Virus record (IMG/VR): IMGVR_UViG_3300033148_006102
Coordinates: 96,001 to 160,000 of that record
Reading direction: 5' to 3' (one strand)
From: a virus
Length of the DNA: 64,000 nucleotides
Below the pieces are notes generated by a model. It ran no database searches and was not told the origin of the DNA. It was given only the letters and a program-made list of their open reading frames with translations. Below are positions 19,582-29,773 of the stretch, piece by piece; the first letter of the stretch is position 1, and each line of letters begins with the position of its first letter. The position numbers and the translations under genes are program-made.

Positions 19582-22500
19582 ATGAAGACGTTCAACAAAT
19601 CCACAGAGCTCGCGTATAACCGTATGCGCGCGAACGTCGTCGATCGAATATCGGCGATGTTTCCTATTGATACTCGCAAATACACGGTCACGGCGAAGAA
19701 CTTTCGCTGGATTGATAGCGCTGTCAACGATCTCAAACCCTTTCTTACAGCGAAGTTACGTAAAAATACTCTCGCGACACCATTGCGGGCGCACATCACG
19801 GTGAAGGACAAAAAGGGGAAGGTAGTCTACGAAGATAAGGACTTCCTGGTTACCGCGGTACCGAAGATGACGCCGCTAGGATCTTATGTAGTAAACGGGT
19901 CTGACGTTCAAACCATTACACAAGCGCGTCGTAAGCCTGGTATTTATACGTCACGCATGCCTAACGATAACATCTTGACACGTTTCAGCACTGCCGGCGG
20001 GGAGATCGGCATTATGCTGGACCGGCTTACTCGAGTATTCAAGGTTCGGGTGAGGGCGAAGTTCTTCCCGCTGTATTCAATTGCAGCGGCTGCTGGTGTG
20101 ACAGATGAAGAGTTGCGCAAGGCGTGGGGTGACGAACTTTACCGGATCAACAAACAGAAGGCCAAACCACTCAAGGATCAACAACGTTTCTGGCAGGCTA
20201 CACGGCGCGTTGCCTTACCGACGGACGCATCAGAAATTTCAGCCGGAATCAAGGCGTTCTTGGAGTCAAAACCACTGGATCCCAAAGTTACGAAGTTGAC
20301 CGTTGGCGAGGGTTTCGACGCGATAAATGCTCGTGCGCTTGTGGCGGCCTCAGAAGCAGCTTTGAAGGTACAGCAGGGTAAGCGTGAAGTTGACGACATG
20401 GAGTCGTTGGCATACAAGAACTACTACGGTATCGAAGACTTCGTGAGTGAAGCACTAGACCAAGCTACAAACAAGATTCGAAATCATATCGCCTACCTTC
20501 TGGATCGGACTGATAACGCTAAGCGTGCGCTTAGTCCCGAACTCTTTACTCAGCCTATTATGGGCGAGTTTACGCAGTCAGAGTTTTCACGATTTTCGTC
20601 ACAAAACAATCCGCTGGACATACTGGCGACAGATAATCTGGTGACCATTACCGGTCGTGGCGGTATCCAGAATCATCATGCCATTACCGAAGGTCTGCGG
20701 GCGCCGCATAGTACGCATCTTGGGTTTTACGATCCAACGCATACGCCAGAAGGTTGCCATGATTCTGAGACTGAAGTATTTACGGATAAGGGCTGGGTAA
20801 AGTGGCCTGATGTAACTGAGAACACTAGCTTCGCTTGTTTGATGGATGGAGATGTACTTGAGTACCATAAGGCTGAAGAGCTGCAGGTATATGACTGGAA
20901 TCAGCCTCTTTATGGATTTAAATCCAAGACCATTGAATATCTCGTCACAGCTAATCATCGCATGTGGGTTCGCCCAGATGATAGTGATCGCGGGCAGGGG
21001 TTACCGAAGTACCGCTTTGAAGCTGCCGAAGCTGCGCATTTGAAGCCACGTAAGGTTCGGTGTGGTGGGCATCTGGCGTATTACGGTAAACTAGTTAATC
21101 GTAGCACAATACGCTTAGCTGAGGTCCAGGGTGGGAGCGCTACAAAACAAGCCGACGCTTTTGATATTGAGGATTGGGCGGAATTCTTGGGATGGTATAT
21201 TTCCGAGGGTAGTACTTGGTACAAACCTGAAATCGGTAAGTATGCTGTACAGATTACTCAACGATTAGACGCGAATCCCGAAAACGTAGCTCGTATCGCT
21301 GCATTGTTGGATCGCATGCGACTTCCGTTCTCATTCAGTAAGCCCAAAACTTTTTCAATTTCACGGAAGCAACTGGCTGCGTATACGAAACAGTTTGGAA
21401 AATGCGATGAGAAGTTTTTACCTGAAGAGGTTTTTGAATGGCCTGTAGTTGCACGTGAGCGCTTGCTTGAAAGTCTGATGCTAGGTGATGGTCGAAAAGG
21501 TAAAACAAAAATCGGGTGGTTATCTGGAAGTGGCTATTGCACGACAAGTTTACGGCTAGCTAAAGATGTGGAACGTCTTTGTTTTGGGTTGGGGATTTCA
21601 ACACGTACCGTATTTGAACCAGACGAACGTGCAGTACATTACAAAGGTTGCTGGATTATACACTTGCATGTGTGCCACGAACGGACGCTCCGTAAAAGTA
21701 TGACAGCACAAGATTCTGGCTATTTCATGCAGGCATATAATGGCAAAGTGTATTGTGCTACGGTACCAGGTCATCGTTTGTATTGCCGTAGAAATGGTAA
21801 AGGTGGCTTCTGGTCAGGTAACTCTGGCATCGGAATCACAACACACATGGCGTCGGGTGTTGTGCGACAGGGCCAGGAATTGAAAAGCCCTTTCTTCGAT
21901 GTGCGTAACAAGTGGCGAGTAGTGAACCTGACGCCGACGCAGTTGATCGGTAAGGTCATCGCGTTTCCTGACCAAATTGACGCGAAGACGCGGAAGTTCA
22001 AAACCGCTACGGTTAACGTTATTCAGGACGACAAACAGAATCGTGTGCGTACGGATAAAGTCGATTACGCCATGATCGATAGCGCGATGGTGTTTGACCC
22101 TATCACGGGTATGATGCCGTTCTTGCAGAACACAGATGCGAACCGTGTGTTGATGAGCGCACGCCATATGGAGCAGGCGGTACCGCTGATTACACGAGAA
22201 GCGCCGCTGGTTTCCGCACGCGTAGGCGATACCGATATTACTCAAGAACAACGGCTTCATTACACCGGTGTTGGCTCACGGGCACCGGTGGCCGGCGAAG
22301 TTACTCGAGTAACAGCACAGAAAATCACGATTACCGATAAGGACGGAAAGAAGCACGTTGTTCCGATGCTTCGTGATTATCCGTTGAACAGCGAGCAGTA
22401 CTTTACCGAGGTCCCCGCGGTTAAAGCTGGGGACAAGGTAAAAGAAGGCGAAATACTGGCGGATAATAATTTTACCCATAACGGTAGTCTGGCGCTGGGT

Positions 22501-25500
22501 AAGAATTTGACCACAGTATTCATGCCCTATCGCGGACTGAATTTTGAGGACGGCATCGTCATTTCTGAAACGGGCGCGCACAAATTGTCGTCAGAACACA
22601 AGCACGAACTACAGCTTGAATTGGCGAAAAATGTGTTGTACGGCGTTGACAAGTTGTTTGCGATTCAGCCGGACGCCCAGCAGAACTATGATAGCAGTAA
22701 GTTTGATGAAAAGGGTTTACCCAAAGTCGGCGCTAAATTCCATCACGGCGAAATATTGTTGCCGGCTGTGCGAGAAGTGAAGGTAGATCCGACAAGTGAA
22801 TTCGCCCGCATCCACAAAAAATTGCGTAACCCTTATCGAGATGCTTCAATTGTGTGGGAGGAACCTGTCGAGGGCGAAGTAGTACATGTCGCAAAAACTT
22901 CAAAGTTTGTGTCGGTGCTATTGAAGACGATCGAGGCCGCTCAGGTTGGTGATAAGCTTAGTTCGCGCAATGCGAGTAAGGGCATCATTACTGCAATTAT
23001 ACCTGACAAAGAAGCGCCGCATATCAAAGGCGAGCCTGTCGATGTTATCTTTAATCCCTTTGGCGTACCCGGCCGTGTGAACCCCGGTTTGTTCATGGAG
23101 GCCGCCGCATCGAAGATCGCAGATAAAACAGGCCAGCCATACCTCATCCGACAATTTGATCCGAAAGTCAGTATGAACGATCAGCTGATATCGGAGCTGA
23201 AGAAGCACAAGTTGTCGGATACCGAAGAAGTCACAGATCCGTTGACTGAGACGACTCATTCGGATGTGCTTACTGGAAAAGTGTACTGGGGTAAGCTGAA
23301 GCACCATGTACGCAAAAAGTTCAGCGCACGTGGTTTGGATCATTACACACTCGAAGAGCGACCTGGAAAAGGACACCACGCGTCGGCACAGACTATTGGC
23401 GCATTAGATACATATGCATTGCTCGCGCACGGCGTACCGCATGTGATGACGGAATTTACAGGTCTCAAAGCGAATCGAAACGATGAATATTGGAATGCGC
23501 TACAGACAGGTGCACCTTTGCCGGCGCCAAAACGTCCGTTCGTGTTGACCAAGTTTGAGACCTACTTACGTGGCAGCGGAATAAATCTGAAGCGCGAAGG
23601 CACGAAGATCAAAGCGTTGCCGCTAACGGATAAGGACGTCACGACGATGTCCCAGGGTAAGATCAAGAATCCGTTAGTGGTAAATGCGAAGTCATTGAAT
23701 CCTGAACGTGGTGGATTATTTGACGAGGGGATAACTGGCGGCTTCAACGCCAACAATTGGAATCACATAGACTTGGCAGAACCGGTGCCAAATCCACTCT
23801 ATGAGGTTCCCATTGTTACTCTAACCGGTATCAAGAAAACGGAGTACGAATCGATTCTTGCCGGCCAGCTTTATGTGACGCGTGGTGGTACATTGGGTAC
23901 ACGCCAAGTGGAGAACGCGGTCACAGGCGGAGCCGGAATCAAACGTTTGCTTGAGATGATCGATGTTGCGCGTGAATACAAGAAAGCGAAAGCACAGGTC
24001 CTGACAGCAAAGAAGGCCGATCTGGCCCGGCTCTACAAGAAGCTGAAGTATTTGACGGCGCTCAAAGATCTCAAACTGACGCCGGTTGAGGCGTACGTGA
24101 TGCACAAAATGCCGGTCGTTCCGACATCGTTTAGACCGGTAACGGCATTACCAGATGGCAGTCTGAATGTGGCTGACATTAATCATGGGTATCGAGAGGT
24201 GCTCATGGTTAACGACCAACTCAAGAAACTCAAGCAGGACGGCATCGATGATGAGCACTTGGTTCCACTTCGACGCGGCTTATATGGCGCGGTGTCCGGT
24301 ACAATTGGCCTCACCGAACCTCTCACGCGATCAGCGAATTTTAAAGGTTTCATTAGTACAATTGCTGGACGCCAAAATAAAAGTGGCATGTTTCAAGGCC
24401 AACTGGTTTCACGGCGCCAAGATTTATCAGGCCGGTCTACCGTCATCCCCGAGCCCACATACGGGATGGATGAAGTCGGCTTGCCTCGTGAGATGGTTTA
24501 CACGATATACCGTCCGCTCATTGTTCGAGAACTCGTTACAACGCTCCGCGTTAAGCCTCTTGAAGCTCGAAAGCTGATTGAGGAAAACGACCCAAGAGTT
24601 GCGCATGTTGCACGGGAACTGGTAAAGCTCCACCCAGTATTACTGAACCGCGCGCCAACGTTGCATAAGTTCTCCATCATGGGCCTGAAGCCGCGGATCA
24701 TCGAAGGTAAAGCGATCAAGGTGAATCCGCTTATCATCAACGGTATGAACATGGACTTTGACGGTGACTCAAGCGCGGTACATCCCGTTATATCGCTTGA
24801 TGCGCGTCAGGAAGTCTTGGAGAAAATGCTGCCCAGTAAGAATCTGATGTCTCCGCGAGACCGACAGCGCATCGTGCCGAATATTTCGCGTGAAACGGTA
24901 CTGGGTCTCTGGATGATGACCCGTCCGGTGTATCCGTCTGATATTCAGATCATGCATGGCGTGAAGGCGCTGCGCCTCATTGATGAAGGCAAAACTCGAG
25001 TAAACACCCGCATAATGTATCGCGGTAAGCCTACCACACCTGGCTTTTTCTTAGTTCGCGCTGCAGTGCCCGCGTATGTCGATATGGATCCCGGCAAAGA
25101 AGTTACCGGTAAAATGGTTGAGGGTTGGATTCAGCAGATCGCAAAGAAGAGTCCATCTGATGCGGCTCGTGTGCTCAATGACTTGAAGAACCTGGGTAAC
25201 TACTATGTCAGCCGTATTGGTTATTCAGTATCACTGAACGACATGTCCGCCGGTCAAGCCGAGCGTGATCGTATTATGCGCCGATTGGTTAGAAATCTCC
25301 GCCAAGAAGGCATGAAGATGGAGGTTTTCCAGCGTGGCATCGGTGAACTGAATAAGTTGATGAAGCGTCAGAAGAAAAATCGTCTGGTGCAGATGGTTAA
25401 TTCCGGTGCGCTATCCAAGGCTGACGCGATGCGGAAGATGATCTTGCCGGCCGTCGCGGTGACAGATTACAAAGGCAAAGTGGTACCGCTGCTACTTGAA

Positions 25501-26703
25501 AAGTCGTATGCACAAGGAATGCCGTTAAATCAATGGTGGGCGACGGTACCAGGTGCGCGTAAGGGCCTCGCAGATAAAGGCCTATCTACTGCGGATACAG
25601 GCGCTTTTACTAAGGAATTGATGAACACGGCGATTACGCAAATTATTCGCGAGCACGACTGCGGCACAACTGGCTACATAGAAATTGACCGGGATGACCC
25701 ACATATTCTTGGTCGTACGTTGGCGACGGGGAGCAAGAAGGGCCAACAGATTACCGCAGACATGGTGAAGCGTCTTCCGAAAAAGGTCAAGGTACGCTCA
25801 CCGCTTAAATGTCAGTCGAAGGATGGTATTTGTCAGCTGTGCTATGGTTTGGATGAGCATAACGCGCTACCAGTGATTGGCCGTAATATCGGCGTAGTCG
25901 CGGCGCACACAATCAGCGAACCGGCGACACAGTTAACACTGAAGGCTTTTCATACATCTGGTTCTGCCGGCGTACAGCAGTTTGGCTTCGATCGCGTGAA
26001 ACAAGTGTTTTCGCTTCCGGAGAATATTAAAGGTAAAGCGATCCTAGCACTCGAAGATGACAAGGTCACAGAACTACGTCGCTCGCCATTGGGCGGGCAC
26101 GACATAATCACTGAAAAAGGTCACAGCTATTACTGTGATACGTTTGTCGGTACGGCCGTGAAGAAAGGACAAAAGATCAAGAAAGGGCAGCAGTTGTCCG
26201 AACGCGGTACGTTGAAGATTCAAGAAGTGGCTGAATTACGTGGTATCGAAACTGCGCAAAAGCAGCTCGTCAACGATATGCATGCGGCATACGCTGCCGG
26301 CGGTGTGCATATTGACAAGAAAATTTTTGAAACAGTGGCGCGGCCAATGGCGACGAAAGTCAAGGTCACAAACCCAGGCGATGGTGAATTCAAGTACAAC
26401 GTACACGAAGGCGACACATATCAATCGAGTACTGTGGAGAACTGGAATAAGACTTTGTCACGTAAGATTGAGTTTGAACCGATCGTAATGGGTATGAATC
26501 GCGTACCGTTTGTGGGCGAAGATTTCATTGCTCCGCTCATGTATCAGAGATTACCGCGGACGCTGACGCAAGCGCCGGCAATGGGTATGCAGACTGATAT
26601 TGTCACTGGACACGTTATTCCGTCTCATGTATTTGGTACATTACCAGAGCGCGCGCAAAAGCTTAAAACTGATGCGCAGAAGAAGCTTCTAGCGGTCAAA
26701 TAG
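19582..26703 (+). CDS. rpoBC: Fused beta-beta' multisubunit DNA-directed RNA polymerase with intein
   Basis: Beta motifs DANRVLMSARHMEQAVPL, GLNFEDGIVISE, GDKLSSRNASKG, NPFGVPGRVN, KLKHHVRKKFSARG. Beta' motifs LNRAPTLH, NMDFDGD (catalytic), GARKGLADKGLSTA (bridge helix), CQSKDGICQLCYG, ISEPATQLTLKAFHTSG (trigger loop). Single ORF; start is ATG 19582 or TTG 19576. Confidence 0.95.
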   Translation: MKTFNKSTELAYNRMRANVVDRISAMFPIDTRKYTVTAKNFRWIDSAVNDLKPFLTAKLRKNTLATPLRAHITVKDKKGKVVYEDKDFLVTAVPKMTPLGSYVVNGSDVQTITQARRKPGIYTSRMPNDNILTRFSTAGGEIGIMLDRLTRVFKVRVRAKFFPLYSIAAAAGVTDEELRKAWGDELYRINKQKAKPLKDQQRFWQATRRVALPTDASEISAGIKAFLESKPLDPKVTKLTVGEGFDAINARALVAASEAALKVQQGKREVDDMESLAYKNYYGIEDFVSEALDQATNKIRNHIAYLLDRTDNAKRALSPELFTQPIMGEFTQSEFSRFSSQNNPLDILATDNLVTITGRGGIQNHHAITEGLRAPHSTHLGFYDPTHTPEGCHDSETEVFTDKGWVKWPDVTENTSFACLMDGDVLEYHKAEELQVYDWNQPLYGFKSKTIEYLVTANHRMWVRPDDSDRGQGLPKYRFEAAEAAHLKPRKVRCGGHLAYYGKLVNRSTIRLAEVQGGSATKQADAFDIEDWAEFLGWYISEGSTWYKPEIGKYAVQITQRLDANPENVARIAALLDRMRLPFSFSKPKTFSISRKQLAAYTKQFGKCDEKFLPEEVFEWPVVARERLLESLMLGDGRKGKTKIGWLSGSGYCTTSLRLAKDVERLCFGLGISTRTVFEPDERAVHYKGCWIIHLHVCHERTLRKSMTAQDSGYFMQAYNGKVYCATVPGHRLYCRRNGKGGFWSGNSGIGITTHMASGVVRQGQELKSPFFDVRNKWRVVNLTPTQLIGKVIAFPDQIDAKTRKFKTATVNVIQDDKQNRVRTDKVDYAMIDSAMVFDPITGMMPFLQNTDANRVLMSARHMEQAVPLITREAPLVSARVGDTDITQEQRLHYTGVGSRAPVAGEVTRVTAQKITITDKDGKKHVVPMLRDYPLNSEQYFTEVPAVKAGDKVKEGEILADNNFTHNGSLALGKNLTTVFMPYRGLNFEDGIVISETGAHKLSSEHKHELQLELAKNVLYGVDKLFAIQPDAQQNYDSSKFDEKGLPKVGAKFHHGEILLPAVREVKVDPTSEFARIHKKLRNPYRDASIVWEEPVEGEVVHVAKTSKFVSVLLKTIEAAQVGDKLSSRNASKGIITAIIPDKEAPHIKGEPVDVIFNPFGVPGRVNPGLFMEAAASKIADKTGQPYLIRQFDPKVSMNDQLISELKKHKLSDTEEVTDPLTETTHSDVLTGKVYWGKLKHHVRKKFSARGLDHYTLEERPGKGHHASAQTIGALDTYALLAHGVPHVMTEFTGLKANRNDEYWNALQTGAPLPAPKRPFVLTKFETYLRGSGINLKREGTKIKALPLTDKDVTTMSQGKIKNPLVVNAKSLNPERGGLFDEGITGGFNANNWNHIDLAEPVPNPLYEVPIVTLTGIKKTEYESILAGQLYVTRGGTLGTRQVENAVTGGAGIKRLLEMIDVAREYKKAKAQVLTAKKADLARLYKKLKYLTALKDLKLTPVEAYVMHKMPVVPTSFRPVTALPDGSLNVADINHGYREVLMVNDQLKKLKQDGIDDEHLVPLRRGLYGAVSGTIGLTEPLTRSANFKGFISTIAGRQNKSGMFQGQLVSRRQDLSGRSTVIPEPTYGMDEVGLPREMVYTIYRPLIVRELVTTLRVKPLEARKLIEENDPRVAHVARELVKLHPVLLNRAPTLHKFSIMGLKPRIIEGKAIKVNPLIINGMNMDFDGDSSAVHPVISLDARQEVLEKMLPSKNLMSPRDRQRIVPNISRETVLGLWMMTRPVYPSDIQIMHGVKALRLIDEGKTRVNTRIMYRGKPTTPGFFLVRAAVPAYVDMDPGKEVTGKMVEGWIQQIAKKSPSDAARVLNDLKNLGNYYVSRIGYSVSLNDMSAGQAERDRIMRRLVRNLRQEGMKMEVFQRGIGELNKLMKRQKKNRLVQMVNSGALSKADAMRKMILPAVAVTDYKGKVVPLLLEKSYAQGMPLNQWWATVPGARKGLADKGLSTADTGAFTKELMNTAITQIIREHDCGTTGYIEIDRDDPHILGRTLATGSKKGQQITADMVKRLPKKVKVRSPLKCQSKDGICQLCYGLDEHNALPVIGRNIGVVAAHTISEPATQLTLKAFHTSGSAGVQQFGFDRVKQVFSLPENIKGKAILALEDDKVTELRRSPLGGHDIITEKGHSYYCDTFVGTAVKKGQKIKKGQQLSERGTLKIQEVAELRGIETAQKQLVNDMHAAYAAGGVHIDKKIFETVARPMATKVKVTNPGDGEFKYNVHEGDTYQSSTVENWNKTLSRKIEFEPIVMGMNRVPFVGEDFIAPLMYQRLPRTLTQAPAMGMQTDIVTGHVIPSHVFGTLPERAQKLKTDAQKKLLAVK
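20755..21822 (+). mobile_element. Intein with LAGLIDADG homing endonuclease in the RNAP beta part
   Basis: EG|CHDSETEVFTDKGW (block A), LVTANHRMWV (block B), WAEFLGWYISEGS and LLESLMLGDG (LAGLIDADG blocks), YNGKVYCATVP...WSGN|S (blocks F/G, +1 Ser); 356 aa; removal restores HTPEG-SGIGITTHMA. Confidence 0.92.
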
Positions 26704-26721
26704 GGATTATGGCATAGTCCC
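26703..26721. promoter_or_regulatory. Palindromic element copy 3 (GGGATTAT-GGC-ATAGTCCC)
   Basis: Full consensus match; overlaps the RNAP stop; ends 8 nt before the ATG at 26730; contains an extended -10-like TGGCATAGT. Confidence 0.65.
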
Positions 26722-26729
26722 AGAAAATC

Positions 26730-27956
26730 ATGGAAATACTAGTTGGTAGAATTATTGAGGCGTATCCGGTCGAAGGTCGGTACGACATAAGCGTCGATGG
26801 CAAAGCCAAAGTCGGGGCGTATCCGATTGAATCAGGTATAGTTTCAACCTGGGAAAAGCATGAGAATGTTGCAGTAGTCAAACTGGCCACAGGCTACTAC
26901 ATTCTTGGTCGGCGATGGAATCCCAGAACACGTCCAGCTGGGTTGGATAATGAGATTGACAAGCAAGTTGAGGAGCTCAATAAAGCCACTCGAGATCTAC
27001 TGCGTCAGCTGGTCAATCCTGAAGAGGATCCACCCTCGCCACGTCCGACACGTCGCCCAGATGACATTAAGACCGTGCCTGCCAAAGGCGAGAAGGTTAT
27101 ATCTAATGGAAAAGGTGTAGCCCATTTACGCAAGGACGGTTCTTGGTTAATACGTGCGGCCGAATTCTGCTTCACACTCTGGGACGCTACTAGGTATGTT
27201 TGCCAGACTGTTGCTAAAAAGATGGTCTGGATTGTGCCTGGGATTAAGACGTGGATGGAAGGTGAGGCCACTGCGCCATTCGTCGGGCATGCCTATCACG
27301 AAACACAGATTTCGCCGACACTGAGTAAGTTGGCACAAGATCTGATCAAATTGCAGGCGGGTTTTCATCCCACAGCGTTAACGACGCCAGGTATTGAATT
27401 AGCCGTCGGGCAGTTTTTGCGTGTCAGTTTTGATGCGAATGAAGGTATTTACAAGCTGCGAGTTATTAATCCGGCCGATCCGTCAGGCGCAACGGATTTC
27501 GCAACGATGCAGCTGGATCAAACGCAGATTGATCTGAAGACATTACTGGGTCAAGTCACTGTCACACCAGAAGAAGTCACGATTAAAGACGGCGAATCAA
27601 TCATATCGGTGAAGCCGGAATCGATTGATGTAGCTACTGTGAGTCAAACTGAGAGTGCGACAACGCGTACAGTTACGGACGGTACACATACACATAGCGT
27701 GGATTCGTATACGCAGACGGTGGCGAATGCGCGAACTGTAACTGTAGCTACTGGGAGTGAAACGAAGAACATCGCGGCCGGCGCATCGACAGAAACAATC
27801 GGCGCTGGAGCAAAGACGATCAATGTGCTGGCCGGAGCTTTCGTGGTCAACGCGGTGGCCGGCACTATAGTGTTAAACAGCCCTACTATTCAATTGCAGG
27901 GTGATTTGGACGTCAAGGGCAAGATTAGCCAACGCGGCGAGGTTATTCACGAGTAG
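26730..27956 (+). CDS. Baseplate central spike (gp5/gpV/VgrG-like)
   Basis: N-terminal OB-fold-like GRIIEAYPVEGRYDISV; C-terminal Thr/Val-rich beta-helix repeats ending IQLQGDLDVKGKI. Confidence 0.65.
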   Translation: MEILVGRIIEAYPVEGRYDISVDGKAKVGAYPIESGIVSTWEKHENVAVVKLATGYYILGRRWNPRTRPAGLDNEIDKQVEELNKATRDLLRQLVNPEEDPPSPRPTRRPDDIKTVPAKGEKVISNGKGVAHLRKDGSWLIRAAEFCFTLWDATRYVCQTVAKKMVWIVPGIKTWMEGEATAPFVGHAYHETQISPTLSKLAQDLIKLQAGFHPTALTTPGIELAVGQFLRVSFDANEGIYKLRVINPADPSGATDFATMQLDQTQIDLKTLLGQVTVTPEEVTIKDGESIISVKPESIDVATVSQTESATTRTVTDGTHTHSVDSYTQTVANARTVTVATGSETKNIAAGASTETIGAGAKTINVLAGAFVVNAVAGTIVLNSPTIQLQGDLDVKGKISQRGEVIHE

Positions 27957-27964
27957 GAACTGCT

Positions 27965-29773
27965 ATGGGTACAGATCTATTTCTTTCGACGCCGGAAGAG
28001 ACTATCGCGCAGCAGCGTAATGACGATGTCAAGCAAGCTGCGGTAACCCTTCCACCTGATGAGGCTGAATGGGTACCTACGATTATTGACGACCTGCAGA
28101 TGCAGTTTCCGGAGTTGGGTTATTCCAGCTTGCGCGTAAACTTCAATGCGAAAAACGCAAACGAAGGCGTGGCGACAGGTGACATCCAGGTCGACGAGCG
28201 CATGTCCATTCCGTTTGTTGTGGATAAGTTCAAGCTACAGCCATTTGACATGTTCCTACACGACAGCGAACTGTACCCGATGACGCGGCGTTCACTGTCG
28301 AATGTATTGAACAACAAAGCGGAATTTGGCGAACTGGTCGAACCGGGCCGTGGTGAGACAAGCGATGCCTTCTTGACAAATGCTTTGCCGCCGTTTGACG
28401 GAAAGTACACGTTTGCTGGTCTTGGTGTGTACGACGGCAAGAACGTTGTCGATGTATTGGAGCATGTGCCTGATCACTTGGCGCAGTTGGCGATTAAGCA
28501 GGGCCAGCATATTCGGAAACTGGCACAGGCCAAGCCGAGCGAAGAACCCATACGCAAAGTAGCGAACACACGCTTTCGTAAGAAGACGTTGCGGGTGATC
28601 GATCCTGACGTGGATCTCAACAAGCTTGCCGTTGATACACCTGGTGTGTACGACGTTCCTGCAGTGGGGCATCGTAAGTTGGCTTGCTATGCTTTTACGC
28701 ACCAGCTGGATGACATAGGTTTTAAGATTGTTGAAGCACCTATGATTTGTGCGCTCAACGGCGTCGGATTCAGCAAGTTAGCCGAGTTTGTGTCGTACGG
28801 TGAGAATCGTGGCGACGATGAAATGCTTGAGAAATTGGCTGAACCGGAGCCGGGTAAAACCTACTGCTTTGTTTTTGGCCACAATGGCGAGTATGCCTGC
28901 ACGCAGCCATATACGATTAAGGCGGCAAGTGATGGTTTGGTGATTACCGCCGGCGGAATGCGTATCGTTGCTAATGAGGCGCTCAAGACGCCGGTGAAGA
29001 CTGCGGAATGCCTTACATTACCAGGGAAGGCGTTGATTGGTTTGGAGACTGAACGCAACCCAATCATCCCTTATACCATCACGCAGGCGGCGAAAATTGC
29101 AACACGGGATGCTGTAACACTGCAGTATAACGCACCAGATAGCACTTATACTTTGCGAGGTGTAAAGCACGCGGGATTTGACATCCCGATGCAGCAACAT
29201 AGGATGTTCAATGTGTTGAAGCCGTACTATGAAGCGGAGAGCTTGAAGGCTGGGTTGCTCAAGGCTGCGCGAGTAGGGTCGGTCTTCATTAACGACAACA
29301 TAGAACCAGAGGAGTGGGAGGCCTGGGAGCAGGCTGAGCTCCACGACGAGGCACAGAAGAAGTACCTCGGCGACTACATCAAGACTGCCAGCTTTGCATG
29401 GCCGTCAAATGTGATGAAGCGAGCCTGTATCCATGCGGGTCTGCTGGTCGACGCCTTTGAAAAGGACATGTTAGCATATGAATCGACGTTGGGTCAGTGT
29501 TTCTCGAAGGTTGCCGAAGGGGATTCCGTCGGCGGTCATGATTCAGTTGATTCATTACTCAGCATTAATTTCCTTAACGAGGAAACGCTGTATCGATATA
29601 TCGACAGCATTGATACGCTGAAACAAGCGCGGCAGGTTTGTCTGCGTATGTTGCTAGCAAGTCGTATCGGTCTACCAGTACCTGCAGCACCTCTTCGTGC
29701 GGCCGCATTTGCTCTGGATGAAGTTGTCAACAATCTGGAGCGACTACGTCAGATCGTAGGCATGCGGCGCTAA
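27965..29773 (+). CDS. Large head-associated protein rich in K-x-A motifs
   Basis: 602 aa with about 17 K-x-A motifs (KQAA, KLAQ, KVAN, KLAV, KLAE x2, KTAE, KIAT, KHAG, KTAS, KVAE...); SD AGGA. Confidence 0.65.
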   Translation: MGTDLFLSTPEETIAQQRNDDVKQAAVTLPPDEAEWVPTIIDDLQMQFPELGYSSLRVNFNAKNANEGVATGDIQVDERMSIPFVVDKFKLQPFDMFLHDSELYPMTRRSLSNVLNNKAEFGELVEPGRGETSDAFLTNALPPFDGKYTFAGLGVYDGKNVVDVLEHVPDHLAQLAIKQGQHIRKLAQAKPSEEPIRKVANTRFRKKTLRVIDPDVDLNKLAVDTPGVYDVPAVGHRKLACYAFTHQLDDIGFKIVEAPMICALNGVGFSKLAEFVSYGENRGDDEMLEKLAEPEPGKTYCFVFGHNGEYACTQPYTIKAASDGLVITAGGMRIVANEALKTPVKTAECLTLPGKALIGLETERNPIIPYTITQAAKIATRDAVTLQYNAPDSTYTLRGVKHAGFDIPMQQHRMFNVLKPYYEAESLKAGLLKAARVGSVFINDNIEPEEWEAWEQAELHDEAQKKYLGDYIKTASFAWPSNVMKRACIHAGLLVDAFEKDMLAYESTLGQCFSKVAEGDSVGGHDSVDSLLSINFLNEETLYRYIDSIDTLKQARQVCLRMLLASRIGLPVPAAPLRAAAFALDEVVNNLERLRQIVGMRR

